This document shows, piece by piece, positions 21,961-35,758 of a stretch of 64,000 nucleotides of DNA (its first letter is position 1; every line of letters begins with the position of its first letter). Source of the DNA: Octopus sinensis. Lineage: Eukaryota. The stretch spans positions 62,124,001-62,188,000 of the forward strand of contig NC_042998.1 of assembly GCF_006345805.1 (NCBI RefSeq), given 5' to 3'. Below the pieces are notes generated by a model. That model saw only the letters and a list, made by a program, of their open reading frames with translations. It did not search any database and was not told where the DNA came from. Made by a program: the position numbers and the translations under genes.

Positions 21961-23690
21961 GTATGTTTGTATGTATTTGTGTATGTTTGTTTCAGGGTCA
22001 ATAAAATAACTATCGGTCGAGCACTGGGATTGATATTATCGACTAGCCCCAAATAAACCGCCACCAGTCCCAAATTTCAGACATTGTGCCAAAAGTAGAA
22101 TTATTATGTTTGTCCTGTGGCAAGCTGCCAGGATTGTTAGCATGTCAGACAAAATACTTTGCAGCATTTTGTCTGTCTTTACATTCTGGGTTCAAATCCC
22201 ACTAAGGGTGACTGTGTCTTTTATCCTTTTAGGGTTGATAAGTACCAGTCGAGCACTGGCATCAAGGTAATCAAATAGCCCCCTCCCACATAATTTTAGG
22301 CCTTCTGCCTAAAAAGGTTTATTATAATGCCTGTTCTATAAGACAATGAGCTGACAGAATTGCTAGCATGCTTGGAAAAATGCTTAACAGCATTCCGTCC
22401 ATCTTTATATTCTAAGTTCAAATTCTGTTGAATTTGACTTTGTCTTTCAGGGTCAATGAAATAAGCACCAATCAAGCACTGGGGATCAATGTAATAAAAT
22501 AGCGCCCTCCCACAAAATTTCAGCTCTTGTGCCTATAAGAAAAAGCTTTATGTCTGTCTGTTTTCACATTAAATTTATCATCATTCATTCACTTTTCACA
22601 CTTCCTGTGTCTAACCACTAAGGTATAGCTTACAACTATTATTAGTAAGTATAGAATGAATTATTGGTATTCTTAAATCATTAATATTTATAATATCATG
22701 CGGGACTGCTCTGCTCTTTTTATATCATCATTGATAGGATGCTAGTATAAGCAAGGAGTATGGGAGAAGGACAGGAGAAAGGGAAATTCCTAGTGTAGGT
22801 GGTGGAAGTATGAATATACGGGAATACCATGAGCAAGTGAAATGCAAATCTTATTGAGAGAGACAAGATAATGAGACTTTTTTTTGAAACTTTTTGTAAG
22901 AACAATTCAAATTTTCGTGATAGAAATACAAAACTATTGATATTAAGAGAGCTGTAAGTGGTCACTGCATACACCCAGGAGAAGAGATGTTAATAAATAC
23001 AACAGAATCATACTTGATTAAAGGAGGGGTATACTAAAGATACTCACATACATACATGTGTGTGTGTGTGAGGTGCTCTAGCATGGCCACAGTCAAATGA
23101 CTGAAACAAGTAAAAGAATATCTATTAATTTTTATACATATATACATACATACACACACACACACACATACATACACATACATACATACATAATTAAGGG
23201 TAAAAATCATTAATGATTTTTTACCAGGTGGTCAGTGCAGAAATAAAACCTCATAGTTAAAATTTTACAAATATTTTATAATTATATACATAATTATAAC
23301 AAGGGCTTGACTTGCGCCTCACCACACACTGAAAAATAGACATCAAAAGATATTATTACCACCATAAATTCTCTGAGAATGAACACACTACATATGTTAT
23401 AATTATGTATATAATTGTAAAATATATATTTATATATCATCATCATCGTTTAACGTCTGCTTTCCATGCTAGCATTGGTTGGACGATTTTGACCGAGGGC
23501 TGGTGAACCAGATGGCTGCACCAGGCTCCAATCTGATCTGGCAGAGTTTCTACAGCTGGATGCTCTTCCTAACGCCAACCACTCTGAGAGTGTAGTGGGT
23601 GCTTTTTATGTGCCACCGGCACGGAGGCCAGTCAAGCGGTACTGGCAACGACCTTGCTTGTGCCGGTGGCATGTGTGAAAAGATGTGTAA

Positions 23691-23755
<65 letters not shown>

Positions 23756-24108
23756 TCATATATCATCATTACCGTCATTTAACATCCATTGTCCATGCTA
23801 GCATGGGTTGGATGGTTTGACCAGGGCTGGCAAGCTGGAGGCTGCACCAAACTCCAATCTGATTTGGCATGGTTTCTATGGCTGGATGGCCTTCCCAATG
23901 CCAACCACTTTATAGAATGTGCAGGGTGCATATATGTGGCACCACCATGAGTGCTTTCTACATAGCAGTGGCACTGGAGTCTTGCAGGTCAATCCTCACT
24001 ACCATATATGTATATATGTATATCATCATCATATCATTTAACGTCCATTCTCCACAGTGGCACATATTATGTGTGTGTGTGTAGCTGTGTGGTAAGAAGT
24101 TTGCTTCC

Positions 24109-25554
24109 ATCGCCTGCATCGGTCTATTCGCTGTGTTGATTTTTGATGAGTCGAATGGAATTTTTTGTGTTGCTTGGCAGCGGGTGTTATACTGGTAAAG
24201 ACAAGTCTGAGTCATCCTCAGCAGAGGAGGAGCTCATTAAGGCAGTAAATAGAATGGATGAGCATTTGGAAAGAGTAAAGAGTTTTTCTGAGGCTGCAGA
24301 GGTGAAGAAAAGGGAGGTGGACCTAGCCAGACTGAAGGAGCTGAGTAAGATGACACAGAAAGCAACATAAAGTTATTACCTCTGAAAGAGTTATGGTAAA
24401 TATGGAAAAGAAGACCATTACCTACAAGGTGTACTCAGTGGAGAGTAGGAAGGTGGAGTGGATGGAGATGGAAAAAGTAAAAAAAAAAGTAGCATTGAAG
24501 GGGCTTTCGAAGGAAGTGACGTACATAGCGAAAGGAAATGGATATGGAATGGTGGTTGTCCAGTTTAGGACAGCAGATGAGGTAAAGAGGCTGGCGACTG
24601 CAACTGTAAAAATGGAGGAAGTAGTACTTCTGCCCACGTACCTTGGAAGAAGGACTTCTAAGGTGAGGGTAGAAGGAATTCCACCTGATATAGAAGTGGC
24701 TTGGGTTGCCACAGCTGTCCTCGTTGGAAATGAGGAGGTGGCTGTCCTCCAAGTTACAGAAATGGAGAATGGATGATGGAGAGGAAAAACACTGGACCTC
24801 ATTATACGGGCAGAGGAGAGACAATTGGAGAGTTTGGTGGAGACAGTGACGTTGGGAGAGATTGTGTTGAGAGTGTGGGTAGTGGGAAGAATCCCACGAT
24901 GTTTTAAATGTGGCCAAAAGGGCCACATTAGAGTGCACTGCCCTCTGCAGAGGAAAACAAGAGTAGAAGTGGTGGTGGAGATGGAGGAGAAAAAGGAAGA
25001 AGTACAGATAGATGAAAGGAACAAGGAGGATGAATGGACAGTGACAGAGAATAAAAGGAAAAAGAGAAAGAAGAGGAAGAACAATCAGTGTGATGTGGGA
25101 CCCCAGACCAACACCATCCCACCCAAGACCACTCAAACCCACCCTCCCCATACAGACACCAAACCCACCCACCCCCTCTCTCCACAGGAAAAAAAAAGAA
25201 GAAAGAACAGATACTACAAAATTTACAAGACCCCCTTTCATGGTGAAAAAGGTTACGTGTACATGGAGGAGAGAGTGTTGTCACTCAGCGATGAGGAAAA
25301 TGGTAAACAAAAAATTAGATCAAAGACTACAGAGGACTCAGGACTCAGAGATGGCAAGTAGTGTTACTTAGTGTGGGGTAACACACTTTTCATATTCTCA
25401 TTTACCATTCATGTGTCATTATTTTAATATTTTGATTTTAATGCTTTTCATGTGTCGTTCATAGCATCATATTTTAATTTTAATTGTTATATGTCTCCAC
25501 ATATGTTGTAGTGACCCCTCTATGTAATGCCTTTATGGCAATTTAAAAGAAGTA
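24109..25554 (+). mobile_element. ORF1-only non-LTR retroelement (L1/Tx1-like) inserted in a SINE head
   Basis: 15-bp TSD AAGAAGTTTGCTTCC at 24094-24108 and 25555-25569. The SINE family 1 head is split and resumes after the insertion. A-rich 3' end; no endonuclease or RT sequence. Confidence 0.85.
24143..25361 (+). pseudogene. LINE ORF1/gag-like protein with RRM-like region and CCHC zinc knuckle
   Basis: VVVQF...KVRVEGIPPDI RRM-like segment; CFKCGQKGHIRVHC (CX2CX4HX4C) at 24900-24941; basic C-terminus; one in-frame TGA (24774-24776) and one frameshift near 24370-24393. Confidence 0.82.
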
Positions 25555-25989
25555 AAGAAGTTTGCTTCCCAACCACATGGTTCTGGGTTCAGTTCCACTG
25601 CATAGCACCTTGACAAGTGTCTTATACTGTAGCCCCATAGCAACTAAAGCCTTGCAAGTGGACTTGTATAGAGACTAAAAGAAGCCCATAGTACACACAT
25701 ATACACACACATAGTAAAAATGGACAGGCAGTTGTAAATAGTATCAAGTTCTACAAGAAAGTCGGAGTTCATAGTAATTATTTTTAAATAGGTACATATC
25801 ATGAGAGTTAATATTCTAATGTCACAGTAGTCCTTCATAGTGGTTTATGCTGAACTGTCCAAATAAAAGAGTGAAAAATGCAGATAACACTTTACAGCTG
25901 TTTCTGGGGTTTTATGTTCAATGAGTTAGTAATGTGGAATTTTTTCCTGTTTATATCGTACTGCAGTGTTAACTTGCAAAGTATAAAAC

Positions 25990-26440
25990 GGGGTATTAAC
26001 AGCTTCAATCTTGCCAGTCTCGGAAGGGCTGCAAGAGTTTTGGGATCCGCCTTTTCCTCCAGACTCAGCATGCTAAAAGAAATTTAATTAACATTGCTCT
26101 TTTTTTAAAAAACATAATTAGGGAAAAACTAAATGTTGAACAGGTTTCGAGGAGATTATTATTTCGTTTCGCTTAAATTTTGTAACGGATGCCCCGAAAT
26201 GTTGCAAATTATTGATATGCTAATTTCATTAAAAAGTACTTAGTAATTTCATTAAAGAAAATTTTTTAATTATAATCATCTTAAATTGCAAAAACAAACG
26301 AGGTTAATTATTATAAGACGGTATTTATTTTACTTAAATCTGCATTTCGTTTACCGCTAATTCCAAATTTTGCATTCAATAATGGCTACCGGATTGACGT
26401 TTGTTGATAGCAGCTTGTTGATGTGAATATATGAATGGTA
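25990..26440 (+). promoter_or_regulatory. CpG-retaining promoter / 5' exon-like block A, paralogous to 45595-46030
   Basis: Three collinear motifs shared with block B; ends in a G|gtagat donor-like site at 26438. Confidence 0.45.
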
Positions 26441-27416
26441 GATTTTTTCCCCCCATTTGCCGGCCTACAGCTAATTTCAGGTATTTTTTACTTCTTTTCT
26501 TCTTGCTATTGCATTTTAAAACAAATGTTACTTTGCATTATAATTTGTAGCAATACATGTACTCACTTTTTTTTTTACATTACAAGGACTGAGACGTAAT
26601 GATGTCTGCAACGCACTGGTATTTTCTTTGGGATATACGCAAAGCTTTGTCATTTATTTGTGTGTGTGTTGTATTGAATAGGAATAATGGATTCGATGGA
26701 ATGGATTACAGTGTATTCCTAATATTTATTTATTAACTCTTTCCCCCACTATTCTAAATTGTACCCACCTCGCTTTGTTTCTTAAAACATGAAACGTAAA
26801 AAAACGTCTGCGAAACCTGAATCAGTCTGTCCTTTAATAAATCATGTTTGCCAACAACAACAGCGATTACTTCATTAGCAAGCGCATTAATAAGAATATT
26901 TCTACGTTGTCGCTCGACCTGCTCGAAAAAAGTAGACAAACATTCTTCGCTGTTTGTAATGTATTAATCTAAAGAGGACTGGAAATACCTATGATCCCCT
27001 CCTCCCATTTTATTTTTATTTAGAGCTTCCGAAATTGGTGGGAAGATAGGAGCCAGTTATTCCCAGGCTGGAAACTTAGTCAGAATGCTTGTAACAAGGT
27101 TAACTTCGCAAATCGTCAGGTGGTAGTGTTAAACAGGGCGACATATTAAATGCACCTATAGACGACACCGGCGAGTTTTTCCATACAGTTTCCGTCCACC
27201 AATGTTTTAACATTTTATTCTCAAACCTTCGTCATCCGAGGCTATCGTAGACACTTGTCCAAGGTGTCACGCATTGAGATTGATCCCGAAGCCACGTGGT
27301 TGTGAAATGAACTTCTTAACCACATAAACGTGTGTTTCTGTGTCCTAAATTTATTCCTTGGTATTTTATCATAATTCTATTCACATTTTTGGGTATCTGG
27401 AATTTTATGGAACCTA

Positions 27417-27813
27417 TTTGGGAAAGACTTCCTTTTGTGTCTCACCATAAAATTATTTTGAAAAATATTACACATGGTGGAAAATTGATTTCCTACCGCA
27501 TCAAATAATAATGATGATGAGAAAGTCATAAAAATTAAAAACTTCTATTAAAAAAACCTTAATTTCTGTATTATGTATATTCATGTCTCAATTTGCCTAA
27601 CATTAAGGCTTAAACTGCCTAAATTTATGAAATTTGCTTTGCCTTGGGACATGAATATACATAATACAATAAAGTTTTTTTAATAGGAATTCTCAATTTT
27701 TTATGACTTCCTCCTCATTATTATTATAAAACATGTTAGAAAATCAATTTTCCCCCATGTGTAATATTTAAAAAAAAATTTTGTGAGGATAGTATAAAAG
27801 GAAGTCTTTCAAA
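27417..27813. mobile_element. Old fold-back element / MITE with imperfect inverted arms of about 170 bp
   Basis: gggaaagacttcctttt...aatattacacatgg...gtattatgtatattcatgtc is mirrored by gacatgaatatacataatac...ccatgtgtaatatt...aaaaggaagtctttc. Confidence 0.7.
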
Positions 27814-28825
27814 CATTTGGATTGAAGGCAAGATTGCGTCACAATATCAACTTGGTGATTGGTCAGGACTGAGCTTTGGATAAACAGCAACAACTTTAGT
27901 AAAAGCTTTTAGATGTATAAAAATAGAGAGAAATGACATTATATGATATTTATGTCTTTCTTTGTGGCTTTAATAATGCAAGTGATGTATAGTTACTGAG
28001 GGGTGAATTTTGACTATAAACCTATCTCATGAGACGGATGCAATATTTGATCAGCAGACTTTTGGAATGGCCATTACTAGTTCATGGAGAAAGAATTGAG
28101 TAGTTGTTATCTTGTGTCTCCCAATTTTGCACCCTTTTCTGGTATTTTGTTACTATTACAACTGTCTCGTGAAATGGGTGTAATAGTAAAAACATAAGTA
28201 GCACTGAAGAGGAATGGAAGCTGAATCAAAGAATTGGATTGAATAAAATTTATCTTGTACTATTTTCAGGATTATAATGTTAGAACCGAGTTTACTCTAA
28301 ACAAAGAGAACTCTGTTTAAAGGAGTCCCTGTGATGAACTGATACCAAGAATATTTCCTGTTGATTATAATACTAGAGATCCTAACCTTCTTTTCAATCA
28401 TTTCTTTTGATAGTAATCTCAAACATGCATTTTCAATGCCTATTAGTCTCTGGTGCAATTGGCTTTTCACTCCAATTACTTAATTGTATTTACTCAAAAA
28501 GATAGAAAAATACCTTTGTCCATGGGTATGTTAATCCAAATACCACTTCTATTTCCAAGGAATAATTATGCTAGTACAGATATTCCCAAATCTTTCAAGC
28601 ACCAAAAGCATCATTGTTATTATGTAATGCTTGTTTTCCATGCTGGCATGGGTTAGATGGTTTGACAGGTGCTGGTTAACTAGAGGAATGCACAAAACTC
28701 CAGTGTCTACAAGGTGCTTTTTACATGGCACTTGTCACATCAACAAATAACATGTAAGACAAGACCCATCAACTGAAGTAGGAAGATGCAGTAAATAAGC
28801 TTAATATGTTGAACTTTATATCACC

Positions 28826-31800
28826 CAGGGGCGTGCACTCTCAGCAATGCAAGGTATGCGCTGCATGCCTTCTTTGTTTCAAAGAAAATACGTCCAGTTG
28901 TTTTAGAAATATTGTCTCCACTTCGTACATCTGCTTTGATAAATGCTTTTAGAAGATCGCATGATACACACTCCCTCTCTGTCTGTATTAGTTTGTCCTT
29001 CCTTCCTCTCTCTCTCTATCTTAGTGACTCGATAAATTTATCGCTTATCATGCGTTGGGAAGACAGCATGAGTCCCTTCTCTCTGTCTTTGATAGTTTGT
29101 CCCTTCTTTCTCTTTCTTTGTTTACAAGATATACTACGAGGAATGGTCACCCCCTTCTCTCTCAGCGATTCGACAAATTCAGTTTGGCGTGTCATGCTGT
29201 GCTAAAATCGCATTTCACGTCTCTCTGGCTATTTTGACCGGAACAAAAGCCGTCCCATAATTCTTGTTTTAGCCAGCTGAAATGTTGGAATAGCCTTCGC
29301 ATGTAAGTTTGAAATTTTTTATCCAAAACATCCGTTTGCACTATCATATTTTTAGAAAGTTTTGAAAGCAAAAATATCTACATTATATTTCTTATTTCAG
29401 AAATAGCTAATTAATCTTAAATTAATTTAACAAAGGGTATTTTTCCGTTTTGTTGAAATTGACTTAAAATTTACGCCGGCGCTTCCACGTGGGTCCTTAA
29501 ATAAGAGCAGCCTTTTTCAAAATGAGTGAAATGTGTGCTATAAACGATATTTTCAGAACTAGTTTTTCTAAAAGGGACTTCGATTGGAAAAAATTAATTA
29601 TAAATCGCGGGAGACCAACACCGAATTTACCTAATTTGCGAAGCTACAACAAGAAATGCACGAGACAATTTCAGGTTAATTCGTATGAAAAGAAGAAATG
29701 GTTAACTGGAAGTGTTGCTCTTAATAAATTATTCTGTTGGCCGTGTTTACTTTTTGGCTTAGAAAAAAATGTTTGGAATGATAAAGGCTATGATGATTTA
29801 AATAATTTACATATGGCTATGCTAAAGCACGAGCGTTCTCAAAGGCATATAAAATGTTTGATAGACCTTAAAATATTCGGGAATGTTCGCATAGACTTAC
29901 AATTAGATGCACGTAAAAATCAAAGCATACAACAGCATAATGAGAAAGTTCGACGAAACAGATCCATTCTGCAACGATTGATCGATGTTGTTATTTTTTT
30001 AGGCCTCCAGGAATTATCGTTTCGGGGTCATTTTGAATCTGAAGGCTCTAATAATCGGGGAAATTATAAAGAACTCGTTTATTTGATCAGTAAGTATGAC
30101 AAACAAATGGAAAGTCATTTAGATACAGCTTCTATCTTCACTGGTCTGTCGAACAGAATTCAAAATGACTTGATCGAAGCAATTCATAAAGTTATGTTGA
30201 ATGAGATGCAGAAGGAAATTGACCAAGCTAAGTTTGTTTCTATTCTTGTTGATGAGACATCTGATGTTTCAGCATCTTCACAACTGTCAACAGTTTTACG
30301 TTATGTTACAGAAGACTGTGTGACGAAAGAACGATTTATCGGTTTTAGTGATGTTAGTGCAGATCGATCTGCAAATGCTTTATCTGAACATGTTTTTAAA
30401 TGCATTGAGACGTGGGAATGTGGAAACAAATTGATTGCGCAGACATATGATGGTGCCGCTACAATGGCAGGACAACTAAATGGGTTACAGGCAAAAGTAA
30501 GAAAGAAATATGAATGTGCGATCTTTATTCATTGTTGTGCCCATATCCTAAATTTAGTTCTTTCACAATCATGCTCTGCTATGAAAGAATGCAAGATATT
30601 TTTTCTACAATAAACGGACTCGGTACATTTTTTACGAAATCACCGAAAAGGACTAATGCATTAGATAATATTGTTAAAAAAAGATTTCCGAAAGCAACAG
30701 CAACTAGATGGAATTACTCCTCACGTCTTATTATTACCACAAAGGAAAATTATAATTTCATAATCAGCCTTTTTGAACACATCATTGAAAATCCTAAAGC
30801 ATGGGATGATATCACCATAAATTCAGCAATTGGATTCTTACACACTTTAAAAGCTCCTGATTTCTTATTTTTGTTAGAGGTATTCAGTGACATTTTTTCT
30901 TTTACTGACGTCTTATTTAACATACTCCAGAGTAAAAGTCATGACATAGTGTATTGTAAACAGCAAATAGATAAAACTAGAACTGTACTCGAAAACAAAC
31001 TTGATAATTTTTCAGTCTTTTATGATAGGTTAGGGGAAAAATATGGAGTCGATGCAGGAATCGGAATTCAGAGATCCAAGAATATATCTATTGATCCCCA
31101 ACGACATTATAGAACGCTTTATAACAAAATTATAAGTACAATAGTTGACCAAATAAAAGCACGATATTCATCCTTAGAAGAGTTTAAATTCATGGAACTT
31201 TTGAATTTTAACAAAGTTGATGAGTATTGCAAACAATTTCCTGTGGACTCTTTAGATTCTTTAAGAACAACTTATGGCAGATTTTTTGATGTAATATGAT
31301 TACAAAGTGAGCTCAATGTGATGTATTCAATGAAAGATTTTAAAAAACCAAGTGTAAGTCATTTAATGAGTTACATTAACAGCACTGATCTTGTTGAAGC
31401 TATGCCAGAACTCTTCAATCTGTGCAAGTTGATTTTGACAATTCCGTCTACCACTGCTTCTGTAGAGCGATCCTTTTCTGCATTAAGTAGAATTAAAACA
31501 TACCAAAGAAATGCGACAGGAGAAAGAAGACTGTCTGGGTTAGCACTAATGTCAATTGAAAAAGATTTATTACAAGAATTGATGAAAAGAGAAGATTTCT
31601 ATGAAAATGTGATAGATATATTTGCCCAGAAAGATCGAAGAATTGAATTAATTTATAAATGAGCTAAGTAACATTTTAAAACATTAAAAAAAAAATATAT
31701 TAAAGAGCATATATTACAGGTTTTGCTAAGTGTTTGTTATAACGTAAGGTTCGACCTTCTTACATCAGTATTGTTTCGCAGGAGAAATGTTTTGATTTCT

Positions 31801-32619
31801 TCGTGAAACCTAACCTACATAGATTTCCCTTTCTGTGCTGCTGGGTGTAGTCTATTTACGGCCGTAAATAAGTGTTTTGTTTCACTTTCAATAAGTGTCT
31901 TGTTTCAATCTCAGAGATGTTGACTTCTGCCACAACAGTTTTGGGAGGCTTTTTACAATGTTGAATTTTCGCTGTCTTTCATTGTGTGCATATTCATGTA
32001 TATGCGTGTATTTTCAATGTTTGTGCGTGAGACGTAGTCCTTTAATGTACAGAGTTCAGTAAGTCTCAGAACAGTCAATAATTTTCCCGGAATTGACAAG
32101 TAGCATGATAAAGCACCTGACTTGTCTTAGAGAGCGTAACGATCTAAAACCATGGCCATATAATGTAACTAAATGTGTTCTTTTAATTAAATCATTTCAT
32201 TCAGCTCAACCGATAGGTATAGGGGCTAATGAAGAATCGCACCCCTTTGAAAAACGAATTTATGTGAAAATTTTTTTTCGGATTCCTACCTTTAACAGAG
32301 ATTCTGAATATGCAAAAATATTGACAGAATCCAATTTCATCTTTATTACATTTCACTTATGATTTTTAGACTTTTCTAAGGGAGAATGAGGATGGGAAAG
32401 TACTGACGTTTCGAAGAGCAAAGAATAATACAAACAATACACTTATTTCAGGATCATCTCTGCACAGCCATTTTTTATTCCCTGTTTATTCTGCATATTC
32501 AGAATCTCTTATATGTAAATCGTAGGAATACGAAAATGTTTTACTGAAAAATTGCCGGGGGGGGGGGGGGGAATGAAATTAATTGCATGCCCAACGCCGG
32601 AAGTCACCGCACGCCACTG
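28826..32619 (+). mobile_element. Complete hAT DNA transposon (3794 bp)
   Basis: TIRs CAGGGGCGTGC (28826-28836) and GCACGCCACTG (32609-32619) with 1 mismatch; perfect 8-bp TSD ATATCACC at 28818-28825 and 32620-32627; internal transposase. Confidence 0.95.
29522..31662 (+). pseudogene. hAT transposase (TTF-type Zn finger, DUF4371-like region, hATC dimerisation domain), about 713 aa when repaired
   Basis: Motifs FCWPC...KHERSQRH, LVDETSDVS, TYDGA, IHCCAH and TIPSTTASVERSFS. Only two breaks: a -1 frameshift in the T6 run at 30599-30604 and an in-frame TGA at 31297-31299. Confidence 0.93.
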
Positions 32620-32738
32620 ATATCACCAACAGTTGATGAATGCATTACTGACTCTATCTCTCTTGAAGCTGTTATGTAGAGATTGTCTGCTCTCTACTAA
32701 ATATATATATATATATACACACACATATATATTGTTGT

Positions 32739-33118
32739 GGCACTCCGTCGGTTACAACGACGAGGGTTCCAGTTGATCCAACCAACAGAACAGCCTGCTT
32801 GTGAAATTAAATGTGCAAGTGGCTGAGCACTCCAGAGATAAATGTACCCTTAATGTAGTTCTCAGGGAGATTCAGCATGACACAGAGTGTGACAAGGCTG
32901 ACCCTTTGAAATACAGGTAGAACAGAAACGGGAAGAAAGAGTGAAAGGAAGTTGTGGTGAAACAGTACAGCAGGGTTCGCCACCACTCCTGCCGGAGCCT
33001 CGTGGAGTTTTAGGTGTTTTCACTCGATAAACACTCACAACACTCAGTATGGGAATCAAAACTGTAATCCTACTACCGTGAGTCCACTGCCCTAACCACT
33101 GGGCCATTGTGCCTCCAC
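32739..33118 (-). mobile_element. tRNA-derived SINE, family 3
   Basis: Head ggaggcacaatggcccagtggttagggcag...gttttgattccc; body shared with 39574-39879. Confidence 0.8.
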
Positions 33119-33245
33119 ACACACACACCTCCCCTCCCCACACACACCAGGCTATCTGATGTTGCTAAACATCGCTGGTCACATTGCATTTTGCATCATT
33201 TTAGATTTTGTATGATGCCACCCACTGGCTGAGCAAGCAGGTCAC

Positions 33246-33287
<42 letters not shown>

Positions 33288-33301
33288 CATACATACACAC
33301 A

Positions 33302-33624
33302 CAGTGGTGGACTGGCCAGCTTGCCTGATGGCGAGTGGGCCCCTACACCATTAGAATCCATATATGGGGGCCCGTGTTAGTATCTAAGGGGCCCATCCCC
33401 TCAAGTTTGAGAATTTTTTATTCACCCCTGGAAGAATGTATTATTTCAGCCTGACTGTATTTGTAGACAGTTGAAAATAATACTTTTAACAAAAAAAAAT
33501 AATTAAATGATAGCACTGTAGTTGCAGGTGGGCTCCCTTTTAGTTGCGGGTGGACTCCTTGTAGTAGCAGTTTGTCCTTCTTAGTCTCCTGGCAACCAAT
33601 ATTTTTAGACCCAGTCTGCCACTG
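33302..33624. mobile_element. hAT-type MITE
   Basis: Termini cagtggtggactgg and ccagtctgccactg; TSD obscured by flanking microsatellites. Confidence 0.6.
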
Positions 33625-33650
33625 TATGTATATATGAGTGTGTGTGTGTG

Positions 33651-33679
<29 letters not shown>

Positions 33680-33683
<4 letters not shown>

Positions 33684-33990
33684 GGCGTGTAAAAAGGACC
33701 GTTCGAACATGGTTGATACCAGGTCTGCCTGACAGGCTGTTGTGCTGGTGGCATGTAAAAAGCACCAACCAAATGTGGCCGATGCCAGGCCCACCTGATT
33801 GGCTCTTGTGCCATAAAAAGCATCCACTACAGTCTTGGAGTGGTTGGTGATAGGAAGGGCATCCAGCTGTAGAAACATTGCCAGATCAGATTGGAGCCTG
33901 ATGTTGCCGCTGGCTCTCCAGACCTCAGTCAAACAGTCCAACCCATGCCAGCATGAAAAACGAATGTTAAACGATGATGATGATGATGAA
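33680..33990 (+). mobile_element. RTE-LINE 3'-tail repeat
   Basis: Conserved body and (GAT)n tail. Confidence 0.85.
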
Positions 33991-35149
33991 GGCGAGGAAT
34001 GAGATAATACCAGACACCAATCAGCTGCATGAAAACAATATCTAGCTGAGTCAATTGATGAATTTCTTCAGGCACCATGCCAAGTGGTGAATGTCTGCAA
34101 TTTTCAGAATATTACTGCTGCATTATACTGCAAAAAATCAATAAGAGATGTCTTTATTTCTAGTCTTAACACAAATGTATTTTCTCAATGACATCTAGAG
34201 AATATAACATTGACTCTAACTACAGCTTATGATCGCGCAAGCTCTAGATTTGGTCCACAAGGACTCTGAACAGTATACTTGCACCAACTTCTCCATTGTT
34301 CAAAGCTTTAACATCTACTTGTCTATGATTGCATGAGTTAGATGAATGAATGTTGGAACAGATTTTTCAGTGGCCAGATACTCTTCCTCTCCATCAGCTA
34401 TCCATTTCCAAGTGAGGTAATGATTTCCCATTTATTTGACAATAAAGAACCTGGACATAGTTTCATGGAAGATGGAAGCAAACAACATCAAAAATGAGCC
34501 TTTTGTTTAGAAAGATTGCACACATTGAGACACTTTTGCGGGGAACTACAAGCAGTGAACACACTTGAAGAAATACAAACTCTCTCTCTCTCTCTCTCAC
34601 ACACACACAGGTGCCTGTCCCTTTATTATACTTTGACTTCTTGTCACCTTGCGTAAAGCCACCTCTGTTGTTACTTACACTCATCAGTCAAGGAGTCTTG
34701 TTTTGCAAGTTACTTGATGACCTCACTAGTGTTGGTCCCACAAAAAGCACCTGGCACCCACTGTAAGGCGGTTGGCATTAGAAGCAGCATCCAACTATAG
34801 AACCATGCTAAATTTATTTGAATTTGGCACTGTTGGCTGCTGTTGAACCATCCAACCCATGTCACCTTAGAAAATGGATGTTAAACAATGATGAGGATGA
34901 TATATAATAAAACAAAAAAACAACATACATGCTATAGGCTTCTTTCAGTTTCTGTTTACCATATCTGCTTCCAAGACTTTGGTTGATCCAGGACTACAGT
35001 AGAAGATGCTTGCCCAAGGTGCCTTGTAGTTAGACTGAACCAAAAACCATGTGCCTGCACCTGTTTGCTATGTCTTTAACAAAATATCACAAGTATCCAA
35101 ATGATGCTGTTAATTGCTAAAACCACCATAGCTACCGTGACTCCACAAT

Positions 35150-35700
35150 CATCATCATCATTGAACGTCTGTTGTCCATACTTGCATGGGTTGGACAGTT
35201 TGACCAGAGCTGGCAAGCTGGAAGGTTGCACCAGACTCCAGTCTGATTTGGCATGGTTTTCTACAGCTGGATGCCCTTCCTAATGCCAATCACTCTGAGA
35301 GTGTAATGGGTGCCTTTACGTGCCACTGGCACAGGTGCCATTTGCATGACACTGGGGTACATCATCATTTAATGTCCGTTGTCCATGTTAGCATGGGTTG
35401 AACTGTTTGACCAGTGCTGGAAGGCTGCACCAGGCTCCAGTCTGATTTGGCATGGTTTTCTACAGCTGGATGCCCTTCCTAACACCAACCACTCCGAGAG
35501 TGTGTAATGGGTGCTTTTATGTGCCACAGTCATGGGTGCCATTTATGTGACACCAGTATCTGTCATGACTAATTTTGCTTGGCTTGATGGGTTTCCTCAA
35601 GCATGACATAATGCCAAAGGTCTTGGTCATTGCCTCCATGAGGCCCAACGCTCGAAAGGAACTCAGCCACTTTGCCTCTGTGAGGCCTAATGCAGTCTTT
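35150..35700 (-). mobile_element. Two tandem RTE-LINE 3' ends, including the last ORF2 codons
   Basis: Minus strand ...ttgggcctcatggaggcaatgaccaagacctttggcattatgtcatgcttgagg... links the ORF2 end seen at 63.9 kb to the tail repeat. Confidence 0.8.
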
Positions 35701-35758
35701 CCTTTTATTGTGGAAACATACATTCTACTTGTTTTTAATGTACTGTGAAAGAATTCAC

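Noticed and set aside
22738-22953. Plus-strand coding exon (DASISKEYGRRTGERE...) with a gtaagt donor
   Set aside because: The best frame hits TGA after 39 codons and the other frames also stop before the donor. It could only be non-coding, and the acceptor is weak.
24422-25284. Minus-strand ORFs of 220, 268 and 118 aa
   Set aside because: They are antisense shadows of the purine-rich ORF1; the zinc knuckle is on the plus strand.
26789-26878. Short ORF MKRKKTSAKPES... in the 26-kb CpG region
   Set aside because: Only 29 codons, no splice donor before the stop, and no counterpart in the paralogous 46-kb block.
34010-34440. Possible decayed LINE coding remnant
   Set aside because: No diagnostic motif could be recovered in any frame.
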